A DNA stretch of 63,525 nucleotides, filler included, from Intoshia linei (taxonomy: Eukaryota; Animalia; Orthonectida): the NCBI GenBank assembly GCA_001642005.1. It is 6 parts of 6 records of this genome, joined end to end, with 100 filler letters (N's around TTAATTAATTAA, not from the genome) between each part and the next. Parts side by side here need not be neighbours in the genome. Positions count along the whole stretch, not along the records: positions 38,513 to 48,625 come from LWCA01001306.1; positions 48,726 to 53,131 come from LWCA01001949.1; positions 53,232 to 58,562 come from LWCA01001800.1; 3 more parts are not named here. The stretch is one strand, 5' to 3'. The notes below the pieces were generated by a model. The model was not told where the DNA came from and did no database searches. It was given only the letters and a program-made list of their open reading frames with translations. The position numbers and the translations under genes are program-made. Positions 41,501-53,499 of the stretch are shown here, in pieces. Within the stretch, counting starts at the first letter, position 1. Each line of letters begins with the position of its first letter.

Positions 41501-44500
41501 ATAATGAAATTTAAGAAAGTAAAATTATTCTTCACATTAAATTTAAAGTTGCATATAATCAATTTCATACCATATAATAAATATCAGCTGAGTCAACCTC
41601 AAATCCATGATCGATCTTAAAATTTAATTTACATTATAATATATAACATAATATACAAAATATATGCATGTATCATAATTTTGAAACTTTTTTTCTAATT
41701 GCAATATATGCTAAGAAAAAAGTAGATTATAGTCCATAATTATACTATTAAAGTAGACATGTATAATATACATATCTAGAAATTAAAAACTAATCGTTTA
41801 ATTGAAATGGCTGATATACATTGTACATTGCATATACAGTGGAAGTAGCTGGTAGTGATCATATTGGGACACAGTAGTTTTAATCATGATATACATCTGA
41901 TCATACTACGCTATTTTTTTAAATGAAGGTACATTTATTTATTTAAAATACTCGATGAAAGTTAAGATATGAAACATTCTTACTCATAAAATTAAATGTT
42001 GGTAAAAATGTGTGTCTGTTGAATCATTTATTGAGATAACTATCACCGTCCCATATATTTTTAATAAAAATTAAAAGTCTCTTTTTCCGATGAAGAAAGT
42101 AATATACATTTAAAACTAAAAATTGGCAGTTTCACGACCAAAACCACAATTTACCCTAGAATTTTAAAAAGCAAAAATTCTATAATATATAAATTCATTA
42201 ACATTTTCTATTAATATAGTATTAATAATATTCTAAAATGTACTAAAATGTAGTAGAGAAATTTTAAAAAATATTAGTTATTTCCAAAAATTTTTTAATC
42301 TCGCAAAGTCACGCCTTCACCGCAGTGGCGGATCTAGGATTTTCATCCAGGGGCGAAATAATTATTAGATGCCCAAACGCATATAATTTATTTAAATTGG
42401 AATTTTGACACTAAGTTTATTAATATATTTCTATTTATAATAATTTATATTTTTTTTCTAGTTTCCATTCTACTAAATTTGTCAATGTTGTAACATTCAA
42501 ATACTGTTGAGTGGTTCAACTGCATCAAAATCGACTTTTTGGGCAAGTTTTCGCAAATGTACGTTAAGTCCGATAATCTAACTTAAACTGATATTACTAG
42601 CATAAAAAATAATACATAAAGTAATGATGAATGATCATTATACATAAAACGTAAACGATGGTCCTAGAATTTTTTTTTAATTTTTCGCAATTTTAATATA
42701 CAAATTAAATAAAATATTTTAGGGCACATTTGTCACGCCAGGGGGCGGCTTTTTCTATTATCAGTTTTTCTATTGAATCGTTAAATTGAACCGTTTTTTT
42801 TAGATGTGACATTTTATAGTAATTTATACTTAACTAAATTAGTTAATATATAAATATATTGAATATTTTAAATTTTTTCATTTTCTACTTTCAAAATTTA
42901 CTTTAGTACAAGTAAATTTAAATTAAATGTTTTAAACATGGACAAAAACAATTTAAAATTATTTAAAATATTCGGCGGCCACAAAAAATTTAAAAAGAGC
43001 TACAAAATGGCCTGCGGGCCACAGGTTGAGAATTACTGCTATAAGCGAATCTAATTTCATAAATTTTAATTATAAATAAATTTGTATAAGCGACTTCTAC
43101 TGAAAGTTAGTAACTATATTGTGATAATATCTTTTAGAAAGTAAAAATTGTCATTAATAATATTACGCAGTAAAAAATTTGTCTACGATACCTATTGTAA
43201 GGAATTTCTTTACAAAAAAGTTTAGTTTGTCAAAGACTTTTCAAAGACTTTTCAAAAATTTTTCAAATATTTGGATTCTGCGGTCTATAACAAAAATTTA
43301 TGAATAATATATATAATAAATGATTTTATTGATTATTATATTGATAACAGCTAGTAACTTTTCATTTATATTTAAAAACGAGGTGGGGAAAGTGCGAATT
43401 TATTCACCATTCGGGGTCGTCTTATGAACAATTTTAAATAATTTTGCAATTTAGAAAAAAATATATAACATTTATATAAAATAAATTTAATTAATATAAA
43501 CAAAAAATATTGCGTTTTATGCGATTTAGTCATTAATTATTGTATCAATAAATAGTATAATAATTTAATAAAAATAGTTTTATGTATAATTAATAATTAT
43601 AAACTAAAAAAAGTTCAAAGATATTATGATATTGCAATTTATTTAACTAAAAAGCTTACTTAACTACTACATTATTAAAATAATCCTACCATTTTGATGT
43701 ACATGTATCTAAAAATTTAAAAAAAAAAAAAAGAAGCCGACGAGTTAAACAAGGTTTGACTCTACTTAAATTTGCATATAACAAAAATTTTATTTTTTTG
43801 TCATAATCTATTTCATTTTATTTTCAATCGCCTTATTAAATTATATAAGCTTGGCTGAGCGGTATTTCCACACTGATCGCTTCCCCACCCTGATTTAAAT
43901 ATAAAAAATTTATCTAGAAATGTAATACTTGACTATTTTGTAAATACAACAATGATTAGTGAGTAAATATATTTTTAATAATAAATATTGCAATGATCAG
44001 GTCTGTGTGTGAAATACTGGTACCGGTAATTATTAAATTTGTCAGTTTTTTCCATGCATAAAAAATTACAGAAAGAATGTAATTTCTAAAATTGACATTA
44101 TAAAATATTTCGTACTACATCAAAAATTTATATTAAATTTTTATAATTCATTATAATTAATACACATAATACATAATTTAACAACATAAAAATATTTTTT
44201 TTTTATTTCTGAGTTTATAATTTATTTTTATGAAATTTATTTCGTTATGAAACATATTGGAAATAATATTCTGCATCAACATATATTATATATTTAACTG
44301 TAAAAATGACTTTAGTACTGGTACTACGGTAGTAGTCCCTTCCGATTAAATAAATGTATATTATCTTAAAATTATAACTGTAGAGGGTATTCTAATTTAT
44401 AGTATAAAATGAAAAACATTTTATGATAGTGATATTATTGTATTAATAAATGTAACATGCCATTTATGCAGTCGGTAATTATTGATGATATTAATTAGTA

Positions 44501-47500
44501 CAGTCATAATTGAGTTAAAAAATAATTCAAAGTATATTAAAAAAGTATATTTAAATAACCGTACAATTTGTACATTTCAATATCAATAGTTGGTAAAATT
44601 TATATTAATTATCATGTACCTAATATATTATACAACTAATTATCGTAAAATCAATTTAATTTAAATATTAGATGGTTTATTTGATTATATTTTTAATTAT
44701 CATTTTATAATTAACTAATCAATAATTATACTATTTTTAAAGTTTTATAAAGCAAAACACAATAATACATTTTATAAGGGGCCACGAATAATATAAAATA
44801 GCTAAAGGGCAATGGAGAGTAAAATGTTGAGAACCACTGATCTAGTTCGCCATATTTTATATTCCTGTTAATATAATTTTATACTTGTGTAAAAACTAAT
44901 TATTAAATTTAATTGACGTATAGATTGTAAATCGTTATTTATTATCATATAATAGTAAATACTGAGTCTATAATAGGGGCCCGCTTAATAATTTTTAATT
45001 TGTTTATTTTTATGAAACTCTACAAAAGAAAAAATGGAATATACGGATATGACTATTACAGAATAATAGTTTGGACAATGATTTGATCCAATTCTTAAAT
45101 TTTTATATGAATTTATAGTTTCATTTATATTTAAATTTAATTTTTATGTTTTATTTAACCCACTTGTAATATGACTAATAATGAATAAAATAGACTTTAT
45201 AATTGAATTTAATATGATTAATTACAGATTGTAATTATTTAGAATTTATAAAATGTGTATAAAGGGTTTGCAATCGGTTTTTATATACAGTCACTTATTA
45301 ATTATGAACATGGTTCATTGAACACGAATCATGAAAAAATAATGAAATTATTTTGATACAATTGTTGAATTGTTAGTTTTTAATAATACATGTAATTAAA
45401 AATCATTTAATTTCATTTAATAGATTTCATTATTTTATTTTGATCTAAGAATGATTTTTATACATTCTCTACTTACCATACTATGCGAAAGCAATATCTG
45501 CGAGTTCTGATGATAAACCTAGACTAAATTACAAAATATTATTAATACATATATGTTAATTAAATGAAAAAAACTAAAATTAATTGCAAACGCTGTTATT
45601 ATGTTATGACAATAATATATAAATACTGAATAATGTTTCTACACAAATAATTATTCACTTTGCTGCTGGATAACCAATTAATCATGCATTTATTGTAACT
45701 ACAATACATTTATATTATATTTACTGAATGGTTTTACTTTCAAATAAATTAATTTAGTGAGTAAAATTTTTCTTTTTACATAATGCACTATATAATAATA
45801 TATAAAGAATTATAGTTATACTACTATTATACTACTACTACTGTAAAATAACAATTTTTAATATGTAATGTAGATTGTAATATTCATAAAGTTTAATATA
45901 CATAGTATTTAAATATTTTAATTTGAATATATTAGCTAAATGTAATATTCTATTAATAAAATATATATTAACATGTGTTATTATTTAAGTTCTTATTTAT
46001 CTATAAGTATTTAATATTAAAATGATAAATATTAAATTAATCAAATTAATTTAATTTTGTAAATGTGATCCATATTGTTTAACATGTAAGATAAAACGAA
46101 TAAATTTTGATAATTTTTAACGTTTTAATTTTATTTGAAAATATTTTTTCATTTTTGAACAAACAATTAATTGATTTTATTTTCAATAATTTTTATCAAT
46201 TAATTTTAATCCCTGTGTACAGCAGACAATACAAAATTTTTAATTAGTTAATTTAAATTGACCCAAAATACAGTTCTACTGTAGCGTTTACTAGAGATAA
46301 TTAGTACGTTTCTGAGGTAGAGTAGCCATTGGTGGTAAGTAACAATTTTAATTTTTAATTGGTTTACATATCGTTTGTCGATCATTATTAATAATAATTA
46401 TTTTTATTAAACTATATAGAATATATTATATATCAATACATTAATTAATAATATTTGTTACAGATAATCAAAATGAAGGTATTATCCTTACTTGTATAAT
46501 ATGCTACGCAATATTTGTTTGTGTGTGTGTGTGTTATCGTTTATTTCAATAACTACCAGTCTTAGAATTTTATAAAGGTCAGATTTCAATTACAGATTTT
46601 TCCGGGACTGTTAGCAAAATAAATTTCAACCTTTCAAACTCACATCTTACGGATCAAAAAGCCCAATTTTTTTTTTTGAAATGGATATGAAATATGGGTG
46701 AAAATCTATATAATTCATTATTCGGAATTTTTTTCATTACTACGCAATTTTTTAATCTTAAATTCTCATTTTCAAAACATTTAAAACATTAAAATTTAAA
46801 TAAGAAACTACAACAACTTTGTTAATATCATATTTATATTACAATCCTTTGCAATATTGGTAAAATTCGAGTGAAATGTTTATAAATTGAAAATTCAGTT
46901 AATTATTGATACATAATTGTTATTTTTAAGTATTTATTAAATTGGTACTGAATTAACAATAGTTTGTCTAAAAAATTATCACATTGAAAATTAAAAAATA
47001 AGTTTTTATAATTGTATTTTATCTGGAATTTATGCTATTTATTATAATTTTTAGGAAATGACTGTTTTAATTTTATTTTTAATATTATACACACATTCTG
47101 TCTAATAAATTAAAAAATGATATAAAAATTGTTATTAAAATGAAATTTAAAAAAAATTGAATTAAAAGGGTGTGATAAGTATTATTTTCTTGTCTGACGA
47201 GTATCTGATATTGATTATGCTATGTATTAAAAAATTAGAATTATAACCTGGGAATATTAATGAACTTACAAATGATAAAATAACATTTCATAAGATTAAA
47301 TGATCTGGAAGTAGTAAAATTTATTATTTTATAGTGTACCCTATCCAACAGTGAACATGATAATTTTTGACACTTTATTGATACATATATTTATTGTATA
47401 TTCAGGATAACTGAAAGTATTTTTAATACAATCACACATCTACATTTATTAAAATGTAAAATTTAATATATAATTAATGACTTTCAAATTGATTGATTAT

Positions 47501-48476
47501 ATTGTAGATAAACCGGGTATTTATATATATTCAACAAATATGCCAATGAAAACGTGTCCATATCTATGAAAATTATATTAATTTAGATGATTATGGTAAA
47601 AGTCTTAATGCATGTTTATCTCTGTTTCATTAAATAATAAAAGTTAAATTTTAGATGACTTTATTGGTATTTTTTTAGTTTATGTACACTTTTTTAATTA
47701 TAGTATATTTTTATAATAAAATTACATATTAGATTGTAATAATTTATGATAACTATTATTAAATTTTTCTACATTTGATGATTGATGATTGTACTATAAT
47801 ACAATTACATAAATTTCAGTGGGTTAATTTTTATAAATATAAATAATTATATTGGAATAGTTCATAAAAAGAAATAGAAACCCGTTGTGTGTAAAATTTA
47901 TAAAATAACTAAGATAATTTATATTACATATGACGGGTGTATACATTATTCTTGCTATTTATCTTGTTAATACATTATCGCAGAAAGTAATTAAATAAGA
48001 TACAATTAATAAATGTTTAATAACGTACAATAAGTCGAATAAATGTATTATTATTTTAGAAAGTAACGAAAATATAATGAAAAAATTATCAATGAAATAC
48101 ATGTATTTTAATATTATACTTAGAGGGTATGATTGTAATTTGCAATAATAATATAAAACGTGATAATATAATTAATATGAATATGTATATTTTATTTTAA
48201 AGAAAGTAATTATCAAATACAACGTATAATAAATTATTATATACCAATTAAACATATTAATACATTTTAATAGTTGGTAAATTATCTTAATTACTAGAAA
48301 ACATGTTTACTTTATATCTATCAACAAATCGCCATTTTTTTATGTAATCGTCAAACATTAATCATTTATATTGGGTTATCCGTTCAAAAAATGTATTTTA
48401 TACATCGCTGGACACGTTTATTATACCCATTATCGTCTACAATACAAAGGTATAATATAAATGTATTTTTTAGTTA
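38513..48476 (+). CDS. Predicted micro-exon gene, block 1: 39 phase-1 exons (33 of 3 nt, 2 of 6, 2 of 9, 1 of 12, 1 of 15); partial at both ends
   Basis: Exon starts and sequences, each flanked by AG and GT: 38587 CTGATT, 39290 CTG, 39781 ATG, 39838 ATG, 39934 ATT, 40012 ATA, 40577 ACG, 40665 ACT, 40737 TAC, 41050 TAA, 41141 ATG, 41234 ACT, 41363 ACG, 41458 ACG, 41516 AAA, 43138 AAA, 43351 CTA, 43960 TGA, 44384 AGG, 44472 TCG, 44590 TTG, 44672 ATG, 44924 ATT, 45228 ATT, 45758 TGA, 45874 ATT, 45936 CTAAAT, 46464 ATAATCAAAATGAAG, 47508 ATAAACCGG, 47587 ATGATTATG, 47655 ATGACTTTATTG, 47733 ATT, 47820 TGG, 47984 AAA, 48060 AAA, 48124 AGG, 48203 AAA, 48274 TTG, 48474 TTA. With the T|GTAATG at 38513 they translate to SDSDDDYNDLLNDYDEKTMKVVDDYLNSKYNQNEDKPDDYDDFIDLEKKEIV. 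Confidence 0.8.
46484..47075 (+). mobile_element. Interspersed Helitron-like repeat (other copies about 61247-62090, and inverted/deleted about 13140-13565 in an NDUFAF3 intron)
   Basis: Begins A|TCCTTACTTGTATAATATGCTACGCAATATTTGTTTGTGTGTG, a TC 5' end followed by a TG microsatellite as in non-autonomous Helitrons. Clear similarity among three loci; no 3' CTAG/hairpin identified. Confidence 0.55.
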
Positions 48477-48726
48477 GTAATGCCAATTTTTATAATATTT
48501 TTGAATCATAGTAAACTTTTAATTATGTATTATATATTTACCAGTGACGTAGCGTCATAGTGTGCAAGGTGTCGCCGAACACCCTAGACAATTTAAAATT
48601 TAAAAAAATTATATTTAATAAATAANNNNNNNNNNNNNNNNNNNNNNNNNNNNNNNNNNNNNNNNNNNNTTAATTAATTAANNNNNNNNNNNNNNNNNNN
48701 NNNNNNNNNNNNNNNNNNNNNNNNNA

Positions 48727-49104
48727 ATTGTTCACATTTATGATAATCAACAGTCTCCAATTGTTAAATTTAATGTTATGGTGGAGAATACTGATCATGA
48801 ATTTCAGAAAAAACCACTCATTTTAGAAAAACCTCAAAACCTACACATTGCAGCTTATTCTATGGCTGTATTTGATTGTATTATTCATCATTTTCAATTT
48901 GATGATTTATCTATCGAATGGTTCAAATGTTTTATCGATTCGTCATGCAATCAAGATTCAGTAATGACATCATCAGATAACATTGAAATATCCTTATACG
49001 GACGTCATTTAAAGTTTTTAAGAGTAAAAGTTGATACTTCATACTCACACATATGCTTGCGCAAAAAGCTAACCGGAACCATATTAAAAATAGAATTCTT
49101 TTAA
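48727..49104 (+). CDS. Ig-like (I-set) domain fragment at a contig start
   Basis: KPLILEKPQNLHIAAYSMAVFDCIIH...LSIEWFK...LKFLRV...HIC fits the PxIxxxPxN...AxFxC...xWxK Ig pattern. The frame is open from the gap, so the gene is incomplete or decayed. Confidence 0.55.
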   Translation: MVHIYDNQQSPIVKFNVMVENTDHEFQKKPLILEKPQNLHIAAYSMAVFDCIIHHFQFDDLSIEWFKCFIDSSCNQDSVMTSSDNIEISLYGRHLKFLRVKVDTSYSHICLRKKLTGTILKIEFF

Positions 49105-49361
49105 TTAAAAAATAAATGTGGGTTGTCACAATGAATGTGTAGTTTTTGAGGTTTAAATTTATGATAATATGATTATGTTAATTCTTTCAAGAATTGTTTA
49201 AGGATTTGTTTTATTAATTTCTACGCCGTTAAATATTTTAAGATTTTAAATAAATGGTTAAAAACAAACAGTTATAAATTTTTAACTATTTTACTGTATA
49301 TAAGTAAGGATGTGTCATTTATAAGTTTGCAAACGACGACGCAATGTACATTGTACAGTAA

Positions 49362-49506
49362 TATAGATGTTATCTATTTATATAGTCATGTTTGCATTTA
49401 ATATTGTCATATTTGAATTTAATATAGTCATAATTACTATGACTAATAATAAACATAATGACTATATTAAATGCAAACAGGACTATATAAATAGATAACA
49501 TCTATA
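49362..49506. repeat. Long inverted repeat / hairpin MITE-like element
   Basis: TATAGATGTTATCTATTTATATAGTCATGTTTGCATTTAATAT ... ATATTAAATGCAAACAGGACTATATAAATAGATAACATCTATA: arms of over 40 bp, nearly perfect. Confidence 0.85.
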
Positions 49507-52259
49507 ATATTAATTTTTAATAATAGGACATTTTATTTGACGCAAAAACTCACAAATTAAAGAAAATTATACTTCACAGCAATTATCCACATCATTATAA
49601 TTTCGGAACGTAAATTATTAGTTTCTACATTAATTAATTTAATTTAGTTATAACCGTTGCTATTTTCAAATTCCAATTACTTTTACGCCTGACAAAATTA
49701 ATGAATCTACACAAATTGAAGAAAACTTTGTGATAACACCACATGTTAAGGTAAATGTAAACTTGATAATTAGTCAGCACAATCCTATGACGGATTTGTA
49801 AAAAATTTTCCCTAGTTGATAAAATTTTTTATTATACTTTAAACAAGTGGTTCCGAAATGATTTAAATTTAAATTTTTAATCGGTAATCCCGATTCAAAT
49901 ACTGTACGGAACCCATTTCAAAATATTTATTTTTTTAAACGTAAGTAATACTGAGTAAACTTTATTAATACTGTGTAAATCATAAAAATACTGAGTAAAA
50001 TTAAATAGACACCCTTAAACTTAATTTTTGACTAGTGTTAATTAATTATTGGGACTCCCAACTTGGGAGTTAATTTTAATTATTTTAAGGATGCATAATA
50101 TGTGTATTATACTGAAGAATCAATAACAAAATTTTGGACAAAGATGTATAATTTATACCCTAAACTCGGATAAAAATTTATTAGAATTCTGTTACTTTTC
50201 GCATCACCTTACTTATGTGAATTTGAATTTTCTACTCTATTAGACATAAAAAATTAAAAAATAAGCAGATTAAAATTAAGATGTTGACGACGATTTACGT
50301 TGTGTGCTTTTTTTTGGCGCACTATCAAAAGATCGTAATTCAAAAGATAGTAAATCAAATGATCGTAAAAATATACTAATATTAGAATTTATAATTGAAT
50401 TGGATAAAAAAATATTTTCTGGTGTCAACACCATAGAATATATCTAATTTTTTTGTAATATGGTTTGTAGGTATAATACAGTATTTTANTTGAATTGGAT
50501 AAAAAAATATTTTCTGGTGTCAACACCATAGAATATTTCTAATTTTTTTGTAATATGGTTTGTAGGTATAATACAGTATTTTAATATTTCAGTTTTAACT
50601 TGGGTCTGTAGATCTACGATCAAATATTATCATATATTAAAATTAATATTAACTACGATTATAAAATACGATCTTTTGATTTACGATCAAAAAACTACGA
50701 TAATTTGATTTTACGATCATTTCAACGGACACGCTCTTTTTTTACTCAACCTCGTATTTATTAATTTTGTAACGTATACATTTTGACTTGCTTAATTAGA
50801 TATTATGCAAAATTAAAAGTGAATAGTTAGTGCAACTATAGTAACCACGAGCGGTGGGATCAAGGTTAAAATTTTGATAATTCTATCATATAGCAATACA
50901 TTTTACTTTTTATCATAGTTAATGTAAAGCAGCGGTCGAAAACCTTTTACATCTCGTAGACCACTTTTTTATTACAAAAAATTATACGGGCCCCGTTTTT
51001 GAAAATTTAAACGTGTTGCAGTTCAAATTAAATCAGACATACAATTTTTTTTACTTCAATGTTATTTTTGAAAAATAATAATTTAAATATATACTCAAAG
51101 GCCACCAAAATGATTCTGTGGGCCACTGGTTGCAGACCTCGGATCTAAAGAGTACAAAACGTACAAATATAGTAAATATATTATCAATCTTATCTTCATA
51201 TCAAATTATATCGAGTTATTTTAAATCATGATAAACACTATATAATTATTAAAACTTGGCCTGTTTTTGATCGTTTGTTTTTAATTAGTTTTAAATCGCT
51301 TTGAAAGTTTTTTTTTGGAATTTTTCCAGTAACAATATATATTTTTTTAATTGTGGGAAAATTCTATTAATTCTCATAAAATATTCATTAAAAGACTAAA
51401 AATTACCGCCTTTTGTTTACTGAAGCGAATGTCAACCTTGGTCGAAATAAATAAATTATAAATGTTTGACAAGCCATTCGTCATTTTCAGAGGTTTAACC
51501 GGTTTTTTCAGTATTAGATTTGGTACGTTTTTTTAATTGATCAAAACTTTTAATGTTTTAATGACTTTGGAAGATAATTCCGTTTTGTAGTTGTAGAAAA
51601 TTTCACAAATCATTTTGTTACAATTTATCTAATTACTCTAGTATAAATGTAAATGGTAGTCCCAGATTTTGTAATTATGCCGACCTGAATGATGGACAAA
51701 TTTAAATTATAAAATTATAAAAGATATGCTATTTATTTAACAATTAATAAATTTAATAAACAATTATTTTATCTACCGAAATCATTCAACCTGCATTTAA
51801 AAGTTTTCTGAAATCAAAGTCCATTTGTTTTGACTGTAGATGACGCTTTTCAGTTGATGTATCCGACTCATGTGTTTGTCGCGAGTGAATTCTAGATGTA
51901 TACCGAAATGATCAAAATTTATTATATTCTATTTTATATTATACTACAATTACCCAAACGTTTATAATTTCTATTTAATGTCATTTTTTTGGAAATGAAA
52001 TTATTTCATATTTAATATGGTTCAAATATATATATTATCTCATATTTTTTGTTAATGGATGTGTCGCGAATTTTTTTTTGATTGAAATTTGTGCGCCAAG
52101 TGAGATTAGTTAAAAATTAACAAATTGTAAGACTGGTTCTATTTACAACTAATATAATCTGATAATTGTGTATAGAACAAAACCTAAAGTATTTGTCAAA
52201 TAATGGATGGTGTATCAATTTGTTTTTTAATTATTTTTTAACTTTGGATGCGGAAGATT

Positions 52260-52565
52260 TTTTTTGAACCAAACTTCAAGAGGGGTTGTTAAGATTTTTT
52301 TAATTAAACAGGTTGTCTTTAAGTTTGGTTAAAATAAAATTTCCTAAAAACCTTCCATTAAATTCGGTTCAAAAAAATTTCTAAATAAACCACCCTTAAG
52401 GTACTGTTCAAAAAAAAACTTCTTAAAAACCCTCATAAAGTTTGGTTCAAAAAGAAATCTTAAAAACGCCCATTAAGTTAGGTTCAAAAAAATTCTTAAA
52501 AACCACCATTAAGTTTGGTTCAAAAACATTTCTTAAAAACCCTTAAAAGTTTGGTTTAAAAAAAA
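52260..52565. repeat. Degenerate ~38-40 bp tandem units (AAGTTTGGTTCAAAAAAA..TTCTTAAAAACCC), one inverted; same family at about 54005-54180
   Basis: About seven units visible here and about four at 54.0-54.2 kb; probably subterminal repeats of a foldback-type transposon. Confidence 0.75.
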
Positions 52566-53499
52566 TTATATAACCCAAAATTTAAATTAAAATTAAAATA
52601 TAAATAAAAATTTTACACATTCTATGTCACATATATACTTGAAGAGTCCCACCCTAACCATTCATGTTATATACATTTCATATTTTATTGATTTATTATG
52701 AAATTAAATTATAGTGGGATGAAATATTGGAAAAATGTGACTTGTGTGATCTGAAACGAGTTATATTGAGACGAACTCCATCATTAAACAATACAAACCC
52801 CTTTCCGTATACTGTATGTTATGGTTATGAAAATCTGATATTTGAGGTAATATAGATAGAGGATAATGAGGTTTTACTTTCTTTTTATATACATAACATA
52901 ATTTATATGTGTATGTATAATTTGGCAGAGTGTTTATAACTATTTCCAATATATACAAATATGAAATATTTAAAAAAATTAATTAATTTGTTTAGGTTTT
53001 GAAAAATTCTTGTATATCATCCATTACAATTTTATCTCACGATAAATTCAATTTATAATGAAAATATATAAATAAAAATTAAAGTATTAATTTTAATTTA
53101 ACTTGATTATTAATTATGTATTTTATGACGANNNNNNNNNNNNNNNNNNNNNNNNNNNNNNNNNNNNNNNNNNNNTTAATTAATTAANNNNNNNNNNNNN
53201 NNNNNNNNNNNNNNNNNNNNNNNNNNNNNNNTATGTAATTTAATGAGTAAAATCTTATTATTAGTTTTCATTGTTAGATTTTCATTTATTTTAATATATT
53301 TATACTTTATATATTATTATACATATATATAATATGTATCGGGTCGCATCAATTTTTATTTTAAACGTTTGTAATTTTAACCTCAAAAAATACTTTTTAT
53401 TTTTTAAGCCTTTTTCAAATAATCTGTCACATAAAATGGTTAAGATTAAGTTAAAATTCAGTTAGAAGCCGTTACAATGTATAGTCAATTATATTTTAG

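Noticed and set aside
41849-41851. tag|CTG|gtagtg matching the micro-exon pattern
   Set aside because: Lies in the terminus of a TA|CAGTGG transposon; treated as a chance match.
43107-43109. Other weak candidates: TTA at 43107, TAC at 46305, CCATTGGTG at 46326, AAC at 55430, ATTCGC at 55981
   Set aside because: They imply introns of only 21-28 nt or have poor acceptor/donor context. They preserve frame and cannot be excluded without RNA, but were left out of the model.
44076-44078. Candidate micro-exon aag|AAT|gtaatt
   Set aside because: Weak AAG acceptor just after another AG, and inclusion creates TAG with the next exon. Excluded, but this is a post hoc choice.
50397-50582. Near-exact ~90-bp direct duplication around a single N (similar ~50-bp case at about 61969-62069)
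   Set aside because: Typical unmerged contig-overlap artefact.
52260-52565. CRISPR-like appearance of ~39-bp periodic units
   Set aside because: Eukaryotic context, degenerate units without unique spacers, and no cas genes.
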